From Eremomyces bilateralis CBS 781.70 (lineage: Eukaryota), in assembly GCA_010015585.1 (NCBI GenBank), contig ML975158.1: a stretch of 64,000 nucleotides of DNA, one strand, 5' to 3'. The position numbers and the translations under genes are program-made. Numbering within the stretch: the stretch's first letter is position 1; each line of letters starts with the position of its first letter. This document shows positions 40,800 through 52,778 of the stretch, in pieces. The notes below the pieces were generated by a model. The model ran no database searches, was not told the DNA's origin, and was given only the letters and a program-made list of their open reading frames with translations.

Positions 40800-42268
40800 T
40801 CATGATCCAGAAAGGAGATACTCTACCGCGCCTTGTACACTCCCCCCTGACCTCCTCAATGCTTGAACGTTTCGCTCGAACTCATAGAACCCCATATCGT
40901 TCAACTGTCGCAACTGGTCCGCATATCGGTCCTCCGGTGGTCGGTCGTCCGGAGGAGAAGCTTGAGGTTGAGCGCCCCCAAACATCCATGGCATCCCGCC
41001 CAATCCGTTTCCTCCTGCTCCTTGCCCGGCTCCTTCATCGGCTCCTTGTCCTGCCCCAAGACCGCCTCCGTTCATTCCTTGCATCATCTGCATAGCCGCA
41101 CGCATGGCCTCGGGGTTCTGCATCATTTGTTGTGTCATTTGTGCGATCGGATTGGCTCCTTGCGAGTTTGCGTCGCCGGACGGAGGCGCACCGAATAGCG
41201 CGGCAAAAGGGTTGGCTGGACTGGGTTGGGTTGGCTGGGTTGGTTGATTCTGTTGGTTCGGTTGTTCTTGTGCTTCGCCCGTCCGTTCGCTCGGCTGGGT
41301 AGTTTGTCCGGCCTGAGTCTGTCCTTGCGGGAAAAGCGATGCGAATGGGTTGGCCCCAGCACCGCCAGCACCACCGGGTAGATTTCCAAACAGAGCAAAT
41401 GGGTTAAAGGCAGGTGGATCGGTGCCTTCCTGGCCCTGGTTTCCAGCCCCGTCTTGCTGAGGCGTGGTGTTCGTCACACCCGGAGCAGGAAATGCGTTCT
41501 CACCGCCACCGGCGCCTCCGAACGCGCGATGGATTTGCAGCACTTGACGGATCATGTTGGGATCTGTCAACATTCTCCGCGTTTCAGGATTTCGGAACAT
41601 TTCTCGGAATTGAGGGTTGGCGCGCATTTCGGGAGCATTTTGCATCATGTCAATAACTTGGGGATTGTTCATCATTTCGTTGAATTGTTGGAGAACGTTG
41701 GGGTCATCGAGCAGTCGTAAAAGCGTATCGGGATCCGGTGGTGGACCCATCTGCCACTTGATCAGTCATAGTAATACGTAGGAGTCGAGCGACATACCCC
41801 TCCATCCGGACCGAATGTACTGGCACTGGGTAAACCGTGAAACCCTGCGTACCGGGCACCCGTGAGAGCAGCAAAGGGATTGTTTCCAGTACCAGCTGCT
41901 ATATTTGTAGGAACATTTGACGCTGGATTCGAGGGTTGTCCAGCAGGGCTTGTCGAGCTGGTGCTTTGGGATGTCGGATTCTGTCTGGCGTTGCTCGCTG
42001 CGCCTTTGACCAAATGTATCGTATTTCCATCCTTGAGTTTGAACGAGGCTAGCGTATCGGTGTCCTTCAAGACCCGCCCCGAATATATCAATCGTTGCCG
42101 TTCAACGGGAATATCAGCATATTCCGCCGTGGCCAACTTGCCCTTCAGGTCTGAAACGGTTGCGTTCTCCGAGAGCGTCAGGACGTATTTCTGGTCGTTG
42201 GCAGCCTTCACATTGAACGTGACATGGACGTCCTCCGATGCCCCGGCCGTTTGGTCTTCCTCAGCCAT
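40800..42268 (-). CDS. DSK2: Ubiquilin Dsk2/Dph1 (UBL-STI1-UBA); 1 intron
   Basis: UBL (IPVERQRLIYSGRVLKD..TIHLVK), NNPFAALTGARYAG, UBA (PPEDRYADQLRQLNDMGF..NVQALRRSGGSVQGAVEYLL). Confidence 0.95.
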
Positions 42269-42834
42269 GGTGGGCTTGATAAGAGTGAGGAGTGTGAGTT
42301 TCGATGGATCCGATGGCAACTGATATCGAGCGGCGACACGGCTCCAAGGTGTATAGAAGCGGGGAAAGGAAAGGCGGATGATCAGAGCAGGAGAAGATAG
42401 ATATATCGCAAAAGGTGCGCCGGTTGAGGGAGAATACGGCGACGGTGGATGAAGGTTCTTTAGGTGAGCCGAATATGAATGAACAAGTGAGCGAATGGTG
42501 CTGGGTGACGAATTCCGACCCTACCTAGTTACGTGGAGCATCGGATGTGATCGATGTGATCTCATGTTATGTTATTCATCATACTGAGGACCCTGAAGCT
42601 ATAGTTGCCACGTGACACGGTCCATCTTTGGTCCATTTCGCTGGATGGAAGTTTGATCCATCCGCTTGGATGTTGGACCTTTCTAGTTCGGTGGAATTTT
42701 GAAAGCCGAAGTGCACGACGGTTATTAATTCAGGTCAAGTTACCTTAAGAGTCTCATCGCCTTTATGCTGCAACCCGACAGAGTCCCTAAACAAGCAAGA
42801 CAGTCTATGGTTTCGAATGGTACTCCAGGATCTC

Positions 42835-43286
42835 CTTATCGCTAATCACGCTTTCTTCTCACCATGACAATCTTTCCAATGAACTTCCCGAATGCCCTGG
42901 AACGAGATTCGGATATTTGTTCCAAGTTATACTGATAGAGGATACAGTATATCTATACTATACGAGTCACGGAGCCCCTAGGTATGCAGCTATGGAAAGC
43001 CGTCATACGATAAGAACAGTCACTCCTGAGCGATAACCCTTGATGCCTTGGCCCTAGACCTGTATCTCTTATCAAACCGATGTTCGTTACCCATCTTATT
43101 GACATCTCCGTCGGCGGAACCATAATCTTGATCGATACTATTGCCGTTCGGGCAAGTGATCACCTCGCGCTCCGTACCACGATGTGCGTCTTTGATGTCT
43201 ATCAGTCTATCTTATCCGTCCATGTGGTTACACGAAGCTCACGCCCTTCCCCATGACTAGCTGGGAAATAAATGGCGCTGTTATCG
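42835..43286. promoter_or_regulatory. Cluster of HGATAR (AreA/Nit2-type GATA) sites upstream of the NCS1 permease
   Basis: Eight HGATAR matches on both strands at ~42835, 42933, 43008, 43031, 43069, 43199, 43207 and 43281. Confidence 0.6.
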
Positions 43287-43545
43287 CAAAAGACGGCTTG
43301 TAGTTTGGGCTGTCCGAAGATGCAATCAAGATATGAGCAGTACCTGAACCGACCTCTAAGAGTGCCACATCGCGCTGTATTGTTTCCATCGTTTTTATTG
43401 TTTTTTCCAACAGATCATCCTTCTATTCTGTCTTGAATTCTTTACAGACATACTCGGTTCCAATTCGGTCCATTGGAGCACAGAGCATCCTTTCGCATAC
43501 TCCTTCACCTGTGCGCTAATTGTTCGAGATCTGTGTCCTCGACCC

Positions 43546-45323
43546 ATGAATATGAAGCTGCAATTCAAACGTCCACATTTGAAGGTGTCCCCGGCAAAGT
43601 CGGCGTTCTCAGAAGGCAACCCTCGATGGATCAATCGGGACTTGGAACCGGTCCGAAGACATGAGCGCAAATGGACGGTACTAAGCTTTATTGTGTACTG
43701 GCTCAGCGATGGCTTTAATGCATCCGCATGGCAGTTTGCGTCTTCGATCATTGCAGTGGGACTGACCTGGAGAGAGTCGTTGGTGATCGTGGCAGTTGCC
43801 TTCTTTATTATCAGTTTCGTCATTTCACTTAACGGTGCGTGGAAAAAACCTCATTTCCATTGTAGATGTCTAGCTAACCCTTTACCAGGTGCAGTGGGTG
43901 TGATACACCATGCTCCGTTCCCGGTCATCGCAAGAGCGAGTTGGGGATTCTGGGGTTCCTATGTTCCTATCATATCCCGAGCCGTCCTGGGAGTCTTCTG
44001 GTTTTCCATCATGACCATGAATGGCGCGAACTCGGTACGCGTAATGATTGGGGCCATTTGGCCTTCCTTCCTCACCTTGCCAAATCACATCTCTGAAGAC
44101 CAGGGGATTGCCACGAACACGATGGTTTCCTTCCTCATATTTTGGCTGTTCCAGATACCATTTCTCTGCATGCATCCGAATACCTTGCGATGGCTATTCT
44201 TAGTGAAGTCGATCCTGGTGCCTATTGCGTGGATTGCGATATTGATTTGGGCCTTCGTATCGGCCAAGGACATGGATATGTTTGATCAGACAGCCACAGT
44301 GTCTGGATCAGCTTATGCTTGGGGATGGCTTGCTAGCTTGACATCTGTCATCGGCAACTACGCCACTTTGTCTGTCAATCAGGTTAGTGTCTTCACGAAG
44401 CGTGCAGGAGATGTGTTAACCGATACCTCTAGGCCGATTTCTCTCGCTATTCTCGCGTTTCCGTGAAATGGCAGCTTCTCTACGTACCTCTGCTTCCTAT
44501 CGTGTTTACCTTCACCGCCTTCGTCGGTATTGCGGCTACTTCTTCCGGTGCTGCACAATACGGCGAACTCAATTGGGATCCCATGGACCTCATTTCCCAC
44601 TGGCCCTCACGTGCGGCACGGTTTTTTGTAGCGGCATCGTTCGCACTTGCAGCGCTCGGCGTCAATATTTCCGCAAACAGCTTGAGTGCTGCCAATGATC
44701 TGACCGCACTGTTCCCGGCTTATGTGAACATCCGTCGTGGTCAGCTTCTATGTGCTCTCTTGAGTTGGGCGCTTGTTCCTTGGAAAATCCTTGCGTCTGC
44801 TGCCAGCTTCCTCAATTTCATGGCTGCGTACGCGGTGTTCCTTGGTCCTATCGCGTCGATTATGGCCTGTGACTTCTGGATCATCCACGAAAGGAAATAC
44901 GACACGCTGGCACTCTACCAGCCGTACTCAATATATCGATACACCTATGGAATCAATTGGCGAGCCATTGTATCGTTCTTTGTTGGCGTTGCTCCGAACC
45001 TTCCGGGGTTTATCAATTCTATCAACCCAGATGTTGACGTTGGAGTTGGTATACATCCATATCAGTTTGGATGGCTTTTAGGTTTTTTCGGGACGGCACT
45101 GGTATACATCCTTCTAGGAAAGGTATTCCCTCCGCAAGAGACTTTCATTGACAAGGCTGTGTTACCGGATGATGTATATGATGCATCTGGATACATGGAC
45201 GAGCCAACTGACGGAGAGTCCAATGTTCTGGAGGGTCAGACGGTGCCTATCGACGAGGAAAACATTGTTATCGAAGGAGAGAAGGGGAGAAAGGACCGGC
45301 ATCGGTCGGAAAAGATACTGTAA
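43546..45323 (+). CDS. NCS1/Fur-family nucleobase (uracil/allantoin) permease; 2 introns
   Basis: RWINRDLEPV..RKW, FPVIARASWG, NYATLSVNQ/ADFSRYS, GVNISAN...AANDL..LFP.YVNIRRG, LVPWKIL, FLGPIASIM.CDFW. Confidence 0.93.
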
Positions 45324-47149
45324 CGTATTCCACAAGCGAGCGGCGCATACAAGCGAGCGGCGCACCCCAACCACAAAACGTGTCTCTCTATCTTTCATCA
45401 ACAATGGAACAATCAAATCAACCTCAATCAAACCAAAATGAAGGTCGAGTATAATTAGCAAAATTTGCTATCGATCAAGACCAATTCAAAGTAATCGAAG
45501 TGCTTCAAGAACCTATGGTGCAGCTGAAATCACGCTTCGTCGGCGACGCGCCTGAATCCCTTCACGACGCGATTGTACGCCCAATTCAAGAAAACTTACG
45601 GATCTAGAGGAGAGGGTTATTATTCAACATATCTTGGACCTGGATTCGCGAGGATTTGGGCCCCGGTTGAATGGCGTTGAAGATATGGCCAATAAGCTAC
45701 TTGCTACTCGGGATAGCGGACGCGTCGGCGTTGACTGGGCCTCAAACTGTGTTAAGAGGACCCCTGAGCTCAAGATGCGCTTTAATGGACGGTTAGACTA
45801 CCAGAGGGCCTAGAATGAGGACCCAGAGATCATGAAGGGCTGGTTTGAGCTCGTGCGCAATACTATCGCTAAGTACGGCATCCATGAGGATGATATCTAT
45901 AACATGGACGAAGTAGGCTTCCTAATGGGCCTTATCGCAACAGCCAAGGTTATCACAGCCTCTAAGAGACGCCATCGACCGAAAGCGATACAGCCAGGCA
46001 ATCGCGAATGGGTCACGGTTATTGAGGGAGTCAACGCTCAAGGCTGGTCTATCCCACCTTTCGTGGTCTTTAGTGGACAATACCACCTCTCAGCGTGGTA
46101 TAGCGATGATATACTAAAGGATTGGGTTTTAACCCTAAGCGAGAATGGATGGAATACGAATAAGCTTGGATTTGAATGGCTTCAGCATTTTGAGAAGTAT
46201 ATAACACCTCGTATAACTGGAGGCTGGCGTTTCCTGATCATTGATGGGCACGAGAGCCATAACTCGCTTCAATTCCAGGAATTCTGCAAAGAGAAGAACA
46301 TTATTATACTTTATATGCCTCCGCACGTGTTCCACATTCTCCAGCCGCTTGAGTGGGTTGTTTTGGGCCACTAAAGAAGGCGTACGGATATCAGATTGAG
46401 GACTTGATACGGAACTCTATCAACCACATCACTAAACTCGAGTTCCTACCAGCATTCAAAGCCGTACACGAAGCCGCTCTTGCGAAGAAGAATATCCGTA
46501 GGGCCTTCCGAGGCTCAGTGCTAGTTCCGTACGATCCAGAAGCCGTGATTTCGAAGCTCGACGTCAGACCAAGGACTCCGACTCCAGCAGCTGAGGATGC
46601 TCAATAGGAGACGAAAACACAAAGCAACGCTATTGAATTGATGGCTCAATCGAAGCTAATTCAAAGCCGCATTACGAACTATCAAAATAGCTCGCCTACG
46701 CCAATCAATAAGGCACTTGATCAATTCGTTAAGGGCGCCCAGGCGATGGTCCATTCGCTTACGATTCTGAAGGGTAAAAACAAGAGCCTTCGAAAGGCAA
46801 ACAAGCTCGCAACACAACGAAGACAACGAAAAAAAAAGCGGATTCAGGAGCGAGGGTCTTTGACTATTGAGGAGGGCAGGATTTAATCAATCATTCCGCC
46901 GTTGAGTCCCAAATTTCTTAAGAAATGCGTCAAAGTCGTACCTAACAGGACGGGGCTGCGCTGCGTCGAAGGCGATGTGGACGCTGCCGTGAGGTAGGAC
47001 ATCGTATTGAAACATGTCCTCTAGGTCAGCAAGATACTGTAGAATAGACTAGATATTAACAACAATTGATTTTATTTGGCGTTGTAGAGATATCTGCTTG
47101 TGAAGTGGTTTACTATGGTTGGGGTGTGCCGCTCGCTTGTGGAATACGT
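45323..47149 (+). mobile_element. Full-length (1827 bp) Fot1/pogo-like Tc1-mariner DNA transposon with TIRs and TA target-site duplication
   Basis: Left end TA|ACGTATTCCACAAGCGAGCGGCGCA..CCCCAACCA; right end reverse complement ACGTATTCCACAAGCGAGCGGCACACCCCAACCA, followed by TA at 47150-47151; internal transposase. Confidence 0.96.
45404..47052 (+). pseudogene. Disrupted pogo/Fot1 DDD transposase
   Basis: HTH-CENPB-like region (KLTDLEERVIIQHILDLDSRGF), YNMDEVGF, QPGNREWVTVIE, IIDGHESH, C-terminal CGRCREVGHRIETC knuckle; several in-frame stops and frameshifts. Confidence 0.92.
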
Positions 47150-48582
47150 TAGGGATATGTAGGAGGGTAGTTCATATTTCGATATAGTAGCAGCTACCGC
47201 CAGATGCAGACTGAATCACCCATCCAGGGTTAAAGGAAATTGATCGTCCTCCCCCAAACCCTAAAAATGAAAATGGAGGCGGAGTGGACAATAGGATCCT
47301 GAAGCATATTACCCCGCATATGGAAAACTCTCGATCTGTCTTTTAGGTACTTATCCTCCTTTTACTTACCTTAGGTAAGTCGGCAAGTATCTATCCGACT
47401 CTCCGTTACCTAAGGCCGGCACGGCCGGGAAAGGATGTCAAAGTCTAGCCATCAGCGTACTTCTCCCACATCAACTTTCTTCGACCCTGGATGATATTAT
47501 ATCACATCAACCGTCTGAGAGGTGAAGACAGGATTTGGTAGCCCAATTGACAGCCATGGAGAAATAGCTAAGCGGCGTCCGGAGCCCAGGTTTCCATTTT
47601 CCGGTTCCCAGGTTGCATTTGACAACCAATACGGAGTACAGGGTTCCCCGGATATTGACCATTCCGTAATTCGACTCCTGCCCTTTTCCTTTCCACATGA
47701 CTGATCTTTACGATCCCACAACAATCATATCCTCCAAAATCACAAATGTTGATATTGAATTTCTTTCACATGGCAGTCACAGATGCTAATGGATCTTGTG
47801 CATAGCTGTGACCCTCTGAGAGGTGCCCGCCACCTCCCCATACTATGTTCGTGGTCACTGAACTACACTCGCTTGTTGAAGCACAGTGCTAGCCTTTCCT
47901 CTACCATTTGTCCTCAGATACTCAATTATCTCGCATCACAATTGCAACTGGTAATACTACAGGCCCCTATTGATCCATCCTGGAGATACACCTATTCTAT
48001 AACTTGGGAGTCTGTACGAGGGACTGAGTATTCCATATGTGGACAGTCCACTATACAGCAACCTATTGCAAAAGTTCCTGGTAGATGAATTGGGCTACTG
48101 CCTCTATCCAGATCTTCTTTTTCCTTCAGTTAAGCGATTGATTCTTAGCATCCTTCCTATGTACAGGACTAGGACTCACAGATCAACGATGTTGGTCTAT
48201 TTCGGAACGGCATCGCTCCTAACCCGTCTTTTCCCAGTCCATCTATATCATGGTCATGTCTGAGTTGCATAATACGGATGCAGGCGGTGCAAGGCCCCGA
48301 ACTCGTCGGAAGGCCTGACAAGCCTGATCGAACCAGTGGAAGAATATCATTTTGCCTAGTAGAGCAGTCCTTTTCGGTATGTTCCAGCATGACTACGAAT
48401 CCTAGAATGGACCCGAGATTCCGGACACTCAGGTGTGCCTCATATGTATATATCATATCGTGATCCTGTATTAGCTCCGCTTTCGTTGGTACAATTGTCA
48501 TCGCTCCAGTTTGACTGAGTTATACTGCCTTCTCTTGTTCTTACTTTCATTTTTGATCCACTGCCTATTCGAAGAAGCCACA

Positions 48583-49512
48583 ATGTCTGAAAAATACCAT
48601 GACGCTCACTCCTCCATATCGGGCCACTCCGATCCGGAGAAAGGGGGCGTTGTTCACTACCAGAGTGTTGACCCTGTGTACAAGCCAATGGCAGAAACTC
48701 GAGAGCTCAAGAAGATCATGAAGGAACCCGCCGTTGCTTTTGGCGGTTTTGCTGCCCTGCTTCTCCAAATTGCGCACCCTAGTGTTGGTCGCGGTGTTGC
48801 CAATCATAGCGACTTTGCCTATCGTGCCCTTGATCGCGCAGACAACACGGGCATTTATATCTACACGATGGTCTTTGGCACAGAGGAAGAGAAAGCGGCC
48901 ATGAGACACTGGGTGAACCAAGCCCATGTCCCTGTCAAAGGAGGCTCTGGAGCCACAGCGTACAGTGCAAAGGATCCTCGTCTGCAGCTATGGGTTGCGG
49001 CCACCATCTACGTCGGAATGATCGGAGGCTACGAAATGGCATATGGGCCCATCTCACCTGCGATAGCGGAGCGCGTGTACCAAGAGTTCTCGATCATGGC
49101 CACATCTCTTCAATGTCCTCCTGAAATGTGGCCGAAAGATCGTGCCGCTTTCAGGAAATACTATAACGACGTGGTCGAAAACGAGCTTGTGGTACTTCCG
49201 GAGGCCAAAAAGGTCCTTTATGACCTCTTCAAGCCAAAAGGACTTCCCATTTTTCTGCGACCTATCTTTCCCATCGCCCTCTACTTCGCCAAATGCATTA
49301 CGATCGAACAGCTCCCACCTCAACTCCGAGATGGCTTTGGATTGAACCGAACCAAAACGTCAAAGTTTTCCAGCAACGCGAGCATCGCCGTCTTCCTCGC
49401 CATAAACCCTATTATCCCATCTTTTATTAGACATGCGCCAAAGAACTATTACATGTGGAAGATGAGGCGCATGATAAAGAAGAAAGGTCTTGTTAAGGCA
49501 GTGCAAGCTTGA
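48583..49512 (+). CDS. MpaB/DUF2236 (ER-bound oxygenase/rubber oxygenase-like) family protein, intronless
   Basis: GGFAALLLQIAHPSVGRGVANHSDF..R...T..Y....FGT, VNQAH..V, YSAKDPRLQLWVAAT, WPKDRAAF. Confidence 0.85.
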   Translation: MSEKYHDAHSSISGHSDPEKGGVVHYQSVDPVYKPMAETRELKKIMKEPAVAFGGFAALLLQIAHPSVGRGVANHSDFAYRALDRADNTGIYIYTMVFGTEEEKAAMRHWVNQAHVPVKGGSGATAYSAKDPRLQLWVAATIYVGMIGGYEMAYGPISPAIAERVYQEFSIMATSLQCPPEMWPKDRAAFRKYYNDVVENELVVLPEAKKVLYDLFKPKGLPIFLRPIFPIALYFAKCITIEQLPPQLRDGFGLNRTKTSKFSSNASIAVFLAINPIIPSFIRHAPKNYYMWKMRRMIKKKGLVKAVQA

Positions 49513-49844
49513 AACAGGGATGGACGATTCTAATGTTGATGTTTTCGTTGTCTCGTTAGGATGTTTGAGTACGACTATAACGAATTATCTGATTCTATCA
49601 GCGTAGTGAGGACTGCGGATAGGGTCATCTATCGCACATGATGTCATTGGTATTCGAACAATATATATTGCTATGATAACATGCTAAGCCCGACTGAGGA
49701 TGCACTGGCAATATGCTTTACACATCTCCAAGAATTTCCAGATGGCTAGTGATAAATAACTTCATGGCCCGCAGGATTGATGACCTCCCGTGGCCCAGGC
49801 AAACAACCAGGTGTTATTCCAGAACGCTCCAAGTACGAGCTGCT

Positions 49845-50957
49845 CTACAGCTTCTCAAACGTCGGTTTTCGCTTTTGTAGTCCTGACAGTAGGGCATCTT
49901 TGGTATCCTTGGTTTGGATCATGCCGCCATTCCAAACAGCGGTGTAAATCAGGCCATCTTCAACACGTCGGTCCTTTGAAAAGTTGATAATGTTCTTCGT
50001 TCCCAGAGTGGCCACAGGGCTCTTCTCAGCAATCAGTTTCGCGATCCCAAAGGCTCCCTTGACGGCGGCAGCTTTGTCCGGGAAGATATGGCTGACATAG
50101 CCGACACGAAGTGCTTCTTCGGCGCTCCAGATACGCGCAGTCAAACAGACCTCCTTCACCCAGCTCTGGTTTCCGACGGCTTTGGGGAGCCTGGTCAAAG
50201 TCCCGATGTCAGCTGCGATGCCAATGTCCACCTCTTTGACGCTAAATCGAGTGTCTGCGCTGCACACTCGGATATCGCAAGTCACGGACATGTCGATAGC
50301 AAGACCAAAGCTGTATCCGTGGAGAGCGGTGATGATGGCTGGAGTTCAGTCAGTTAACAGGATATTCGAGGTTCGTAGCGCCAATAAAGGATAGCTGGAG
50401 TTGGCGTACGCTTATCGCATCGTTCTAGCGCAGTGATGCAGTCTTGGAACTCAAGAACATGCTGACGCACTTTGTTCATTTCCTGTGCCTGCATCAGTTC
50501 TGTTGAATCTCTAGATGGGGTAATATCCTTACTCTTGCAACATCCGCAACTTTGCCCTTGCCCCCAATGGTCCCCTGTGAGGCGGCTTGAACATCTAGAC
50601 CCGCAGTATACGCTCGATCACCAGCGCCTGTCGAGCGTCAGATATCACAAGCAACGCGACAACCGAATCTTATCTGACCTGTGAGTACAATGGCCCGAAC
50701 GTCGGAGTCTCGCGACAGCTTCTTAATGATTTGCTCGAGATTCAGCCACATTCTAAAGAGTTGCATCCGTCAGCCCTACGTACTTCGAGGGTAGCTCTCC
50801 AAGCTCTTTCACACATTCATGATTTGTAAGGCTAATGGAATAAACCTTACATTTCGATGAAGGCATTCATCTTCTCCGGGCGGTTGATTTCAACATGTGC
50901 CACATATTGCTCCGGAAATGTGACGTTGAAGTACTCGTAGTTATAAGTAGCCGGCAT
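49845..50957 (-). CDS. ECH1: Delta3,5-delta2,4-dienoyl-CoA isomerase (crotonase family), probably peroxisomal; 4 introns
   Basis: HVEINRPEKMNAF, AYTAGLDV, FSVKEVDIGIAADIGTLTRLPK, C-terminal KPTFEKL (PTS1-like). Confidence 0.88.
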
Positions 50958-51543
50958 CTTGTAGTTGATTGAGGGGATCGTCCGATTTGGGTGAATGCGA
51001 ATGTTATGGAGGGATTTGAGAACCAAATATTCCAACGACAATGTGTATGATATGCCGTAACGGTTGATGAAAGTAATATGAATCCATCTTGTAGTCGTCT
51101 TACGTTTAGAAAAGAAACAGCAGTCGGCTATCACAGGACCCCGTGTATCAACACCTCGGTCTTGGCAGTAAACAAATGGGCAGTTGCTATTGGCCAGATA
51201 TAGTTCCTAGGATGAACTGGTCCGGTCTTGGTCCACACGATCTCGACTCTCGCGCTAGAATTTGGATGCATAGAAATTCGAATCATCAATTTGGCAGTTC
51301 AATTTGGCAGTTCACAGGGACACAGTGGAAATCAGAATGGATCCTTTTGATGCTTATGCTGGATGTGAAATTTATCAACACCTCATGGAAGAATGCTCCA
51401 TGACCTTCCGAGGCAGAAACGCCAGTCCGATACTATTGAGCAGGAGGATTTTCCTCAATAGCCGCTTTCCCATCTAGACGGCCACATGTCAACCTCCCAC
51501 CTCCTTTTGACACCCCCATCCCTCATCACGCTCGTCCAGCGGC

Positions 51544-52778
51544 TTAACCTCTGCTCATGACGCCCCAGCAGCGGATGATGTTGTCGGTGTAGCCACTGAA
51601 GAGGGTCTGACCATCCGCACTCCAAGCCAAGCTGATGCACTCCGGCTCTCTGCTCTTCTTGCCGACCTCAACGAAGTCTGGCTTGAGTTCGTCCACACGA
51701 GTCTTCTTCTCGAGATCGAAGATGACGATGCTGCTGGACGTGGCAGCACAGAGCCAGTAGCGGTTGGGGGAGAAGACAAGGGCGTGAATCTCATCGCCGG
51801 CAGCGAGAGAGTAGAGATGCTTGGACTCGTTCAAGTCCCACAGCATGGTCGTACCGTCCTTGCCTCCGGACGCGCAGAGAGAACCATCGGGAGAAATGGT
51901 GACGGTGTTGATGTATCCGGTATGGCCGATGTGATCGGTCTGGATCTTGCACGTGGCCAATTCCCACACCTGTGATGATCTTGTTAGCCATGGACTTGGA
52001 GGGAAAGTCGTAGTCATTGAAGTGCATCGTGTTGTCCCATCAGTTGCAGGTGTGTATTGTTCTCATGGCCAAAAGGCTCTGAAGTAGCAAATATTTTGAA
52101 TTGCATAGCATCATATGATCGCGTGGAGATTGGGGTGTATCTTACCTTCACTAGCTTGTCCCACCCGCTGCTCACGATGACCGGGTTTTGCGGGTTGGGG
52201 GAGAATCGAACGCATGAAACCCATTCGGTGTGTCCCTTATCCGTGATGGTGTACTTGCAGTCGCCCAGAGTGTTCCACAGCTTGATGGACCGGTCGCGAG
52301 ATCCAGAGACGATTTGTCGGTTGTCGGCGGAGAAAGAGACGGAGAGAACATCGTTGGTGTGACCGACGAATCGGCGAGTGGTGTTTCCGGTTGAGAGTTC
52401 CCACAGTCTCAAAGTCTTATCCCACGAGGACGACAAAGCGTATGCGCCATCGGAGGAGATGACCTATACGCAGTCTGTTAGTCTTGGCTCGAAGAGTTGC
52501 GGTCAAGCGGCAGTCCACATACACAGTCGGAGACAATGTGCGAATGTCCGTGAAGGCTTCGCTTCGGGTACCCGTATGAGGACTCATCACGAGTAAGGTT
52601 CCAAACGATCAAGGTCTTGTCGCGCGATGCGGAGAGGAGCATGTTGGGGCTGCCAATTGTGAGCATCCATGATTTTCAGATGGTATTTCGAGACATACTT
52701 CTCCAGGGACGTGGCCAGAGAAGTAACCCAGCCACTGTGTCCCACAAGGGATCCCCTCAAGACTAATTGCTCCGTCAT
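51544..52778 (-). CDS. cpcB: RACK1/Asc1/CpcB ribosomal WD40 scaffold; 3 introns
   Basis: [73 protein letters not shown]. Confidence 0.98.
52036..52118 (-). ncRNA. U24: Intronic box C/D snoRNA, U24/snR24 homolog
   Basis: In the long third intron of RACK1 (yeast snR24 sits in the ASC1 intron): C box ATGATG (52114-52109), guide AATATTTGCTACT plus D' CAGA, C' ATGAGA, D CTGA (52043-52040). The guide is complementary to conserved LSU rRNA AGUAGCAAAUAUU. Confidence 0.88.
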
